From positions 2,976,001-3,040,000 of the forward strand of contig OZ243938.1 in assembly GCA_965214095.1 (NCBI GenBank): a DNA stretch of 64,000 nucleotides, read 5' to 3'. Below the pieces are notes generated by a model. It ran no database searches and was not told the origin of the DNA. It saw only the letters and a program-made list of their open reading frames with translations. The stretch comes from Candidatus Poribacteria bacterium (lineage in GTDB: Bacteria; Poribacteria; WGA-4E; WGA-3G). How positions within the stretch are numbered: position 1 is the stretch's first letter; every line of letters begins with the position of its first letter. Position numbers and translations under genes: made by a program. This document shows positions 47,260 to 58,495 of the stretch, in pieces.

Positions 47260-50200
47260 AATTAATTACACACGACGGTAGGTTTGGTTTCCTAACCGAA
47301 CCGGTGTTTGTTCAGTCTCATAGTCAGGCAGAATGCGCCAAATCAACGGTATGAATCATGGAGCATGCTACACGCGCATGCTTCATTAGGCATTCTGCAT
47401 TGGTTCGGAAACCGCATCTACCGGGGAGTGTGCACGTGTTTTTACATTTCACTATAATTCAAAAGTTTACTATAATCACAATCCAATTAGAAGGAGACAT
47501 TTGAGCGATGTTCAACCCATCTTCAAACGGTGAGACAATACACCAAAGTATGAGCGAATAAACATCAACAATCCAGTTATCATAAGGTCTTATGATACTA
47601 TTTCCGTATCAACATCTTGCGGGTAGCAGTAAAATCACCTGCATTGAAAGTGACAAAATAGACACCTGTGGCGACTTTCTCTCCGATGCTGTTTCTTCCA
47701 TCCCAATGTGCTGCGTGTTGTTGACTCGTGTAGAAACCTGCTTTCTGCTGTCCTAATGCTAATGTCCGAACGACAACACCACGCATATTATAGATTGTCA
47801 ATCTGACATCGGCAGGTTTAGACAACTGATACGGTATCCACGTTTCCGGGTTAAACGGATTGGGAAAGTTGGATAGGAGCAAGGTTTTTTCTGGTACTTG
47901 TTGGATGTTGACGGGAGCTTGACTAACAGCAGGTATCACTATAAGAGGCGGATCTGGATCGACAATGCGGATTTCATATCCGCGGTTATACAAACTGACT
48001 GGATTTAGTGTCAAAACAAGGTCTACTCTAACAGCATCCGTCGTGCCTTCAGTGCGTATCACGTTAATAATTTTGCTCTGATTTTCACCCGCTGTCATCC
48101 GTAAATCGGGGACGGAGCTATAACTACCTGATGTTCCTGTAATCTGATTAGGATCTATTACACCGTTAATAACAGTGACGAATGAGTGAAACGTAGCTGG
48201 TACACCGATAGGACATATCGCGCGGAATTGACCGTCTGCAACTTTTTCCAGAGACACACGGATATCCATAGCTTTATAACCAGCACCTTGGTCACCACAT
48301 TCAAAACTGGATAGTTTTGTGAGACCAACCAACAAACCATCTGGCAATGAACTTAGGTTGTTATTGTCTATATATAGATTAGTCACTTCAGTTAAATTAC
48401 TAAAGATATCAGATGGCAACGAAGAAATATCATTATATGCAACGTCGACTTTTGTCAATTTGGTATTTTCGTCAAATAGACCACTTGGCAATGTAGTCAA
48501 CTTGTTAGCACTGATATCTATTGATGTGAGTTCTGTAAGTTCGTCAAATTCGTCTCCATCCAACGAAGTTAAGTCGATGGCAGATACTGCAAGCGACTGA
48601 AGTTTGGTGAGTTGGTCGAAAATATCATCAGGCAAAGTTGAGATTCCATTACGCGCTATCACCAGATAGGTTAGTTCTGTGAGATTATCAAAAACACCAT
48701 CAGGCAAGGTTGTTATATTATTTACACTTAAATCAAGTCCTTCCAGTGCTGTGAGATTATCAAAAACACCATCAGGTAAGGAATTCAATTCGTTCCGATT
48801 AAATAGAATTTTCTTCAGTGCTGTGTTATTGTCAAAAATACCGTCAGGTAAAGAAGTTATCAAGTTGTTATATATTTGTAATTCTTCCAGAGATGTTAGT
48901 CCATCAAATACCCCAGCAGGTAGGGAAGTCAATCGGTTTGTGCTAAAACTCCTATCATCGTATAGATAGAGTCTTTTCAAAGATGAGAGATTATCAAAAA
49001 TACTTTCAGGCAAAGTTGTGAGTTCTGTGAGACCGAGGTTAAGTTCCTCAAGAGCAGATAGACTGTCAAAAACATCTGATGGTATTGTAGTGAACTTGTT
49101 TGCGAAAAGGTCCAGTTTTATCAATCCTGTGAGTCCATCAAAATCACCTGATAGAAGTGCGGATTGCGTTCCACTTAACACACCAGGAATCTCAAGGTCA
49201 GTTATTGCGGTAAGGTGTGCAGCTGTTACATTTGCAGGATCGCTGACACCCGGAACCTTACCCACAATTGCATCGCGTACTCTCGGTGTGCGTTCATCCA
49301 CAGGTGTGTCCGGAATATCTTCGTTTACATCCGTAATAGTGATTGTGACAGTGATTGTCGCACTATTATTACTTGCACCACTGTCATCCGTCACCTTGAC
49401 AGTCACAGAATACGTACTCTTTTCTTCATAATCCAATGCAGCACTAGTTTGCAGCTGCCCTGATGTGGTGACAATACTGAATGAGGACGCATCCGTGCCT
49501 TCAAGACTATAGGTCAATGTGTCACCTGTATCAGCATCTGTTGCAGCGACGGCGGTCCCGATGTTTTCACCGGACGCGGTATTTTCTGCGATAGAACGGT
49601 CGGTGCTGGCACCATCAGTAAACACAGGCGTGTTGTTTTGGTTTTGCCGTGAAATGCGTGTGACAAGGATTGTCCCAGATATTTCAGCAGTGCCACCATT
49701 CCCGTCTGATGCGATTACGTTTATTGAATACGACGAACTGGTATGATCAATAAGCGTTTGCGTGACTTGGATCTTTCCTGTGGACGTATTTATGGTAAAA
49801 TAAGAGGCATCCGTTCCACCCAGACTATAGGTCAATGTGTCCTCATCAGGATCCGTCGCGGTTACAGCGGTACCGATCGTATCACCGACCGAAGCAGACG
49901 CAATATCTGCTATGCGATAGTTAAAACTATTTGCTGAAAATGTTGGTGCACGGTTCTCATCTACGTCTGTGATGTTAATCGTGACGGTGATAGTGGTGGC
50001 ATCATTACTTGCACCACTGTCATCTGTTGCTGTGACGGTTACTGTGTAGGAAGTCTTTGTTTCATAGTTCAGTGCTGCCTTCGTTTTCAACTGACCTGAA
50101 GTAGTAACGATGCTGAAGGATGCAGCATCTGTGCCAGCGAGGCTATAGGTCAAGGTATCATTGGTATCCTGGTCTGTGGCAGTAACAGCATTTCCGATGT

Positions 50201-50569
50201 TGGTATTAGCAACGGTATTCTCAGCGATGGCACGTGTGGTTGAAGCCCCCTCTGAGAACACAGGTGCATCGTTTGCGTCTGTGACGTTAATCGTCACTGT
50301 GATAGAATCTGTGGCATTATCTGGGTCTGAAGCAAATACCGAGATGGAATATGAACTTTTCGTCTCATAATCCAGTGCTGCCTTTGTTTTCAACTGGCCT
50401 GTGCCACTCTCAATACTAAACGATGCAGCATCTGTGCCACCGATACCATAAGTCAAAGTATCATCGTCTGCGTCAGTTGCTGTGATAGCATCGCCGATGT
50501 TCTGAGCAGCGGCTGTATTCTCAGCGATGGATCGGGTCGTGCTTGCATCTGTGAAGACTGGCGCACGAT

Positions 50570-51800
50570 TTTCATCCACGTCCGTAACATTGATTGTCAC
50601 AGCGATAGAAGCTCTACCACCATTTCCATCAGAAACAGAGACTGTCACGGAATATGATGTCTTTGCTTCATAGTTCAATGCTGCTTTTGTGCGTATTTGA
50701 CCTGTTGTGCTATCAATGTCAAAGGAAGCTGCATCTGTGCCAGTCAGACTATAAGTCAGTGTGTCGCCAGTGTCCGGGTCTGTTGCAGAGACAGCACTGC
50801 CAATATCAACACCAGAACCCGTATTTTCGGCTACGGAGCGGGTAGCACTATTTGCAGAAAACGTAGGAGCACGGTTCTCATCTACATCCGTAACATTGAT
50901 TGTCACAGTGATAGAGGCACTACCACCATTCCCATCGGAAACAGAGACGGTAACTGAGTATGAATTCTTATCTTCATAATCCAGTGCTACTTTTGTTCGT
51001 ATTTGCCCTGTTGCGCTGTTAATGTCAAAAGAGGCAGCATCTGTGCCAGTCAGTCTATAAGTCAGTGTATCGCCAGTGTCCGGGTCTGTTGCGGAAACAG
51101 CACTGCCAATATCAACACCAGACCCCGTATTTTCTGCTACAGACAGAGTTGCACTATTTGCAGAAAACGTAGGAGCACGGTTCTCATCTACATCCGTAAC
51201 ATTGATTGTCACCGCGATAGAGGCACTACCACCGTTTCCATCAGAAACAGAGACTGACACAGAATATGATGTCTTTGTTTCATAATCCAATGCTGCTTTT
51301 GTTCGTATTTGCCCTGTTGCGCTGTTAATGTCAAAAGAGGCAGCATCTGTGCCAGTCAGTCCATAAGTCAGTGTATCGCTAGTGTCCGGGTCTGTTGCGG
51401 AAACAGCACTGCCAATATCAACACCAGAACCCGTATTTTCGGCTATAGACCGGGTGGCACTATTCGCAGAAAACGTAGGGGCGCGGTTCTCATCCACGTT
51501 CGTAACATTGATTGTCACAGCGATAGAGGCACTACCACCATTTCCATCAGAAACGGTGACTGACACAGCATAAGAATTATCATCTTCATAATCCAATGCT
51601 GCTTTTGTGCGCAACTGACCTGTTGTGCTAACAATACTGAAAGATGCGGCATCTGTGCCAGTCAGTCTATAAGTTAGGGTATCGTCAGTGTCCGGGTCTG
51701 TTGCTGAAACGGCATCGCCGATGTCTACACCCTGTCCAGTATTCTCGGCGATGGAACGGGATGTGGTTTCACTATCATCAAAGGTTGGTGCGCGGTTCTC
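50570..51800. repeat. 306-bp coding tandem repeat of near-identical cadherin domains (~4 units)
   Basis: DENRAPTFSANSAT...GSASIAVTINVT recurs; shadow ORFs at 50697, 51003 and 51309 show the 306-bp period. Confidence 0.85.
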
Positions 51801-54800
51801 ATCTACATCTGTCACATTGATTGTGATGGTGATCTCGTCCTCAAGAGTGCCATCAGACACTTTGACCTTGACTTCATAACGAGCTTTTGTTTCATAGTCA
51901 ATAGCAGCCTTCGTTTTTAGCTGCCCACTTGTGCTAACAATATCAAACGATGCAGCATCCGTCCCACTCAGGTTATAAGTGAATGTGGTATCAGCATCTG
52001 GATCCGCAGCGGTAACTGCTGTGCCAATGTTCGCACCTGCAGCAGTATTCTCGGCAACGCTACGTGTGGCGTTTTCACCTTCCGCGAAAACAGGTGCTTC
52101 ATTGACGTTGGTTATGTTCACCGTGACAGTGATAGTATCACTCAAACTACCATCAGATACGGTGACTGTAACTGTATAGGTGGACTTAGATTCGAAGTTG
52201 AGGACTGTACTGGTTTTTAGCTGCCCAGTTTCACCATCAATACTAAATGCTGATGCACCTGTTCCACTCAGTAGATATGCGAGTGTATTTGTATCTGCAT
52301 CAGTGGCACTGATCGGTGTGCCAATGTTGACACCAGTTGCTGTATTTTCTGCGACAGTCCGTGTTGCGGTTGCCCCCTCTGTGAACACAGGTGCGATGTT
52401 TGAAGGTGTTTCGTCTAAATTTCTGACAGTGATAGTTACGGTAATACTATCACTTCCATTGTTTCCATCTGATACACCTATTGTGACTGTATAGGAGGCT
52501 TTCGTTTCATAATCAAGCGCAGCTTTTGTTTTTAACTGTCCCGTCGTAGATTCAATGTCAAACGAAGCAGCATTTGTGCCGGTAAGGGAGTACGTCAATG
52601 TATCACCATCAACGTCTGTTGCAGCAACAGCACTGCCAATATTTATACCCGCACTAACGTTTTCTGCGATGGTGCGGGTAGTGCTTGCACCATCTGTGAA
52701 CACAGGTGCTTCATTGACGTTGGTAACGTTTATCGTAACAGCGATACTATCACTGCCACCGTTCTCATCAGAAACATTGACTGTTACTGTATAACTCGAT
52801 TTCGTTTCATAATTCAGAGCAGCTTTTGTTTTCAATTGTCCCGAAGAAGTATCAATACTAAAGGAAGCAGCATCTGTGCCAGTCAGACTATAGGTGAGTG
52901 TATCGTTGTCCGCATCCGTTGCAGACACAGCATTCCCAATATTTGTTCCTGATGCTGTATTTTCAGCGACCGTGAGGGTTGTTGTATTACCCTGTGTAAA
53001 GATAGGAGCGTTGTTTGTAGGTGACTCGTCAACATCAGTTACATTGATTGTGACGGTGATGGAGGCACTGCCATCCACACCATCAGACACGGAAATCGTG
53101 ACCGTATAGGTGGATTTAGTTTCATAATCTAATGCTGCATCTGTTCGAAGCTGACCTGAAGTGCTATCAATCGTAAACGATGCTGCATCTGTGCCTTCAA
53201 GACTATAAGTCAATGTGTCATTATCAGCATCCGTCGCAGATACAGCATCCCCGATATCTAAACCTGTGCCAGTATTTTCTGCGACTGAACGTGTTGTGCT
53301 GCTGCCATCTGAAAAGACAGGAGCGTTATTGGCAGGACTCTCATCTACGTTTGTTATGTTAATGGTTACCGTGATGCTATCGCTGCCTTCATTTCCATCA
53401 GAGACAGTAATTGTTACGGAATAGGAGGCTTTCGTTTCATAATCAAGCGCAGCACTTGTGCGTAACTGACCTGAACTACTGTTTATGCTAAAGGAGGAAG
53501 CATCTGTTCCACCGATACCATAAGTTAAGGTATCATCATCTGCATCTGTTGCAGAGATAGGATTTCCAATGTCAACACCAGAACCCGTGTTCTCAGCAAC
53601 AGAACGTGCGGCACTTTCGCCTTCTGTGAACACTGGCGCAGTATTGGTAGAACTCTCATCAACATCGGTAATATTTATAGTGACAATAATAGTGTCGCTA
53701 CCTCCATTTCCATCAGAGACCGTGAGTCTTACCGAATAGGAGTCTTTCGTTTCATAATCAAGCGCAGCACTTGTGCGTAACTGACCTGAACTACTGTTTA
53801 TGCTAAAGGAGGAAGCATCTGTTCCACCGATACCATAAGTCAAGGTATCATTATCTGCATCTGTCGCAGAGATAGGATTTCCAATGTCAACACCAGAACC
53901 CGTGTTCTCAGCAACAGAACGTGTGGCACTTTTGCCTTCTGTGAACACTGGCGCAGTATTGGTAGAACTCTCATCAACATCGGTAATATTTATAGTGACA
54001 ATAATAGTATCACTACCTTCATTTTCGTCAGTGACCGTGAGTCTTACTGAATAGGAAGTTTTCGTTTCATAATCAAGCGCAGCACTCGTCCGCAACTGAC
54101 CTGAACTGCTGTCTATGCTGAAGAAGGAAGCATCTGCGCCAGTCAGACTATAGGTCAAGGTATCCTTGTCAGCATCTGTCGCAACAACAGGATTCCCTAT
54201 GTTGACACCAGAACCCGTATTCTCCGCAACGGAACGTGTTGCGCTACTCCCGTTTGTAAATACAGGTGCACTATTCGCTGTTTCTGGAACAACACCTGTA
54301 GACGTTTCATCTATGTCCGTAACATTTATGGTGATACTTATGCTGTCGCTATACTCACCATCGGAAACAGTAATTGTTACTGTGTAGGAGGATTTGGTTT
54401 CATAATCCAACGCTGCTTTTGTTCTCAACTGTCCAGATGTGCTGACAATACTGAATGCAGACGCATCTGCACCTTCAAGGCTATAGGTCAAGGTATCGTC
54501 ATCAGCATCTGTCGCTGCCACAGCACTGCCAATATCAACTTCTGCACTGGTATTTTCTGCTACAATTCGTGTAGCACTCTCACCTTCGGTAAACACGGGT
54601 GCGCGGTTATCTACGACATCCGTGATATTGATTGTAATGTTGATAGTATCCGTAAGCTTTCCATCAGATACTGTTATCATGACCGCATAAGTCGCCTTCG
54701 TTTCATAGTCAAGAGCAGCTTTCGTTTTTATCTGTCCGTTTGTGGTATCAATGTCAAAGGAAGCAGCATCCGTTCCTGTAAGACTGTAGGTTAATGTGTC

Positions 54801-54863
54801 CCCATCAGCATCTGTCGCTGATATCGGACTCCCAATACCAACATCAGAACTGGTGTTTTCACT

Positions 54864-55863
54864 GAACTCATATTGAGTAAAACATAATAATGCTATATAA
54901 TAGGGAAACACAAGAGTTTATTTATGTCCTATTCTTTCACTTCATATATCTATAACTTATTGAAAGGTGTTGTTATGGCAGACAAGGTTCAAGAGCCCCT
55001 CAGATACAATGGTATTCCGAAGCAGGTTTCACGTAAGGATTTTAATCGTTATATCAAACCTCATCTAAAGAAACGCATAAAAGGTCCCAAACCGAAACTG
55101 TCTTTCTATAAGATATTCAACTATATCCTCTATGTTTTACATACCGGTATTCAATGGGATCAACTCCGCACACGGCGTAATGAACTCCATTGGTCTAACG
55201 TCTATAAATGGCATAATCGTTGGTCAAAAGATGGTTCTTATGAGAAACTTTTTGAAGCATCTGTCATACATCTTCATGATAGTGATCAACTTGACACCTC
55301 TTGTTTACATGGTGATGGTTCAAACACTGTTGTAAAAAAAGGGGTGACACCATAGGGTATTCAGGTCATAAACATCAAAAAGGTGAAAAAGAGGTGGCTA
55401 TCACCGACAATAAAGGTTTTATCATTGGTCCAATAACCCTCAAACCAGTGAACCAACATGATACAACGATTTTGCCCGAGGCATTGACCGAACTCATCTC
55501 CTTCAGCAATCGGATTGGCATGGCACTTGATGGTTCCGCGCTAACGCTGGATTCTGGTTTTGATTCCAAGGTGAATCATAAGATTATTAAAGAACAAGGA
55601 CTGATCCCAGTGATCTACCCTAACAAACGAAACACTAAAGAACCTATCGCTATCGCTCGCAAGTTCCGGTGGTTTAGAAAAGATATATACAAAGACCGGT
55701 ATAAAGTAGAGCGAACTTTCGGGTGGCAAGATACTTACCGAAGACTCGTTCTAAGTTATGATAAACTCAAAGAAACACGTTTAGGTTTTCGTAATTTAGC
55801 ATATTCAATGATAAATTTTCGAGCAACTTTCAACGATGCTTAGATGTTACTCGCTATGAGTTC
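54864..55863 (+). mobile_element. IS5-family insertion sequence, 1000 bp
   Basis: Imperfect TIR GAACTCATA(TT/GC)GAGTAA; 3-bp TSD ACT at 54861-54863 and 55864-55866; DDE transposase inside. Confidence 0.92.
54924..55843 (+). CDS. IS5-family DDE transposase in two ORFs joined by a probable programmed -1 frameshift at A AAA AAA G (55334-55341); start probably ATG 54975
   Basis: ILYVLHTGIQW, YKWHNRWSKDG, HGDGS; the -1 frame continues GDTIGYSGHKHQKGEK, NQHD, LDSGFD, RYKVERTFGW. Confidence 0.88.
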
Positions 55864-58495
55864 ACTTACAGTTCGAGTCGTACTGCTTCCTTCTGTGAAT
55901 ACAGGAGCACGGTTTTCTGATACATCGGTTACATTGATCGTAACCGCGATAGAATCGCTGCCGTCTTTGCCATCGGAAACAGAAACATTTCCTGAATATG
56001 TAGTTTTGGTTTCATAGTCAAGAGCAGCTTTCGTTTTTATCTGTCCGTTTGTGGTATCAATGTCGAACGAAGCAGCATCCGTTCCTGTAAGACTGTAGAT
56101 TAATGTGTCCCCATTAGCATCTGTTGCGGCTATAGCACTTCCAATATTGATACCCGCTGCTGTGTTTTCTGCGATGGAGCGAGAGGCGGTCTCACCCTCC
56201 GTGAACACAGGTGCGACATTCAAGGCTTTGAATATTTCCAACGGTGTCTGGTTCGTTTTATCAAGTGCGTATCCAGTATGACCTGTCGGTAGACTCGGCA
56301 CACTGTCGATACTCACGGTGACAGCACCGAAGGTGTTGGGTGTGCGAGTGACAGTATGGAGCTGACTCATAACACTGCCTTTGGCAATGCTGATAGCAGT
56401 GAGGTTATTACTTAGACTGCCATTTGCTACGGTGATAGGCAGCGAAATATCATAAGGTGCACCTGTCGGGAAGACCACTTGAATCATGTTATCGCCAACC
56501 TTCTGCAGTGTTAGAGATAACAACAATGGGTCAGTTGTGTTGCCACTCAAGTTGAGTGTTGTCAACGATGTCAGACCTTGAAAGATGCCATCAGGTAGGT
56601 CTTCTAATTGGTTATTGCTTAGGTTCAGAGTTGTGAGAGATAATAAGTCTGTGAAATCACCTGTATTGAGGGATACAATGGACATACCACTCAAATCCAA
56701 CGCAGTGATAGTTGCAAGTTGGACCTCTGTCACGTTGTTACAATCACTTACACCGGAAACTGCGGCAGCGATTGCATCGGCAACTTGTTGGGAGCGATTA
56801 CAGACTGTCGACTTGGCGAGGATATAGCCAAAATGATTCGTAGGCAGGGACGGTAATGCACCTAAACGGACATCTGTCGTTGTAGCAGTAAAGGCATCAC
56901 TTTCAAGACTTCCTTTTGATATTGTAATCGTTGTTATACTTGCGTCATTGAGTGGCACCACAATATCAAACGGCGCACCTGCGGGGATAATCACCTTAAA
57001 CTGATTTTCTGCGATCTGTTGCAATGAAACCATCAGTGGCATCGGATCAAGCAGATTTCCACCTAGACGGAGCGATGTGAGCGAAGTAAGTCCTTTAAAG
57101 ATACCGACTGGTAGTCCATTCAGCATATTACCGTATAGGTTAAGGTTCGTGAGAGCTGTCAGCCCACCAAAATCACCCGTTTTGAGTTCCGTAATATCAA
57201 CATTACGTAGATTAAGACTGGTAATGGCTGCGAGGTGGGTATCGGTTACATCTTCGGCAGCATCTACACCAGGGATTGCTGCCACGATAGCATCACGGAC
57301 TGCAGCAGTGCGATCACTGACAGCAAGTGATGTTATATCCGTCGTGGTGTCACTGGCATCAATGACATTTACAATCACAGTAATCGTATCTGTCAGTTCA
57401 CCATCAGAAACAGTGATTGAAACGCTATACAAGTGCTTCGTTTCATAATCTAAATCCGATTTTGTTTTCAGTTGTCCATTAGAAGAATCAATCTCAAATG
57501 AATTCGCATCAATACCACTGAGTGTGTATGTCAAGGTATCTTCGTCTGTATCCGTAGCGGAAACGGCACTGCCGATGTTTGTATTTGCTACCGTGTTTTC
57601 TACGACTGCGCGGGTAGTAATGCTACCATCACTGAAAACGGGTGCAGCGTTTACGGTAGGATCGGTAACTCCAGTCATTTCGGTTGGGTCGGTAACTTCA
57701 GTCATTTCGGTAGGGTCAGGATTCTCAGTAGAACTTTCAGCACCGATTATTTCAAGTGGTAACGACCCTGGTTTTGTCAAGGTATATCCGTAGTGATTTG
57801 CGGGCGAACTTGGCAACGAGCCGATATTTGCAGTAACCGCATTGGTCGTATTCGCAGTGCGCGAAACCGAAACCGCATCGCTTGCTGTGCTGCCTTTAGA
57901 GACGGTGAGTGTAGTAACATTCTCTGCAAGGGTGCCGTTTGCAACAGTCACAGGTACGACTATAGAGAAAGGTGCGCCGGTCGGCACAACTGCCTTGAAT
58001 TGATTTTCTTCAACCTTTTCAAGCGTTACGGATATCTGCATCGGGTCAACGGTGTTGCTTCCCAATCGAAGTGTTGTTAACGCTGTGAGTCCTTCAAATA
58101 TACCATCGGGGAGACTGCTTAGTTCATTGTCGTATAAATTCAGACTTGTTAATCCTGTCATCCCAGAAAAATCACCAGTTTTAAGAACGGTAATACCTTT
58201 TTCTCTCAGATTGAGAGCAGTAATTGCTGCAAGGTGTGTTTCTGTTACATCCGTAGCAGCGTTGACACCTGCCGCGGTGACGATAGCATCCCGCACTTGA
58301 GTTGTCCGCTCATTCACTGGCGTGACATCCGCAATACCTGTAAGGTTTGTGCTAAGAAGTATGAGAAGCACGACTAAAATGAGTAAGGTGTTGTTGTTAT
58401 ATAAAGCTAAACGATTTTTCACGGTAATAAATGTCCTTTCATATTTGTGTTTCTGATGGGTAGCAGGAGACAACCCACCCGCCAAGTGGGTATTG

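Larger units (their letters stand above)
46610..47642. repeat. Segmental duplication, copy B (partner 21233-22190)
   Basis: Colinear with copy A apart from an extra ~75 bp at 47324-47398. Confidence 0.9.
47598..58422 (-). pseudogene. Giant secreted LRR/cadherin protein gene (~3273 aa restored, ~20 cadherins, four capped LRR cassettes, C-terminal domain) interrupted by an IS; ORF fragments 55840-58485 and 47598-54911
   Basis: Removing 54864-55863 and one ACT restores the frame: EGSSTTRTV-S-ENTSSDVGIG; GTG start at 58422 with AAAGGA SD and signal peptide. Confidence 0.9.

Noticed and set aside
47598-58485. Two separate genes of 2437 aa and 881 aa
   Set aside because: They are halves of one gene; the termini MFPYYIALLCFTQYEF and ELIASNI are read from the IS ends
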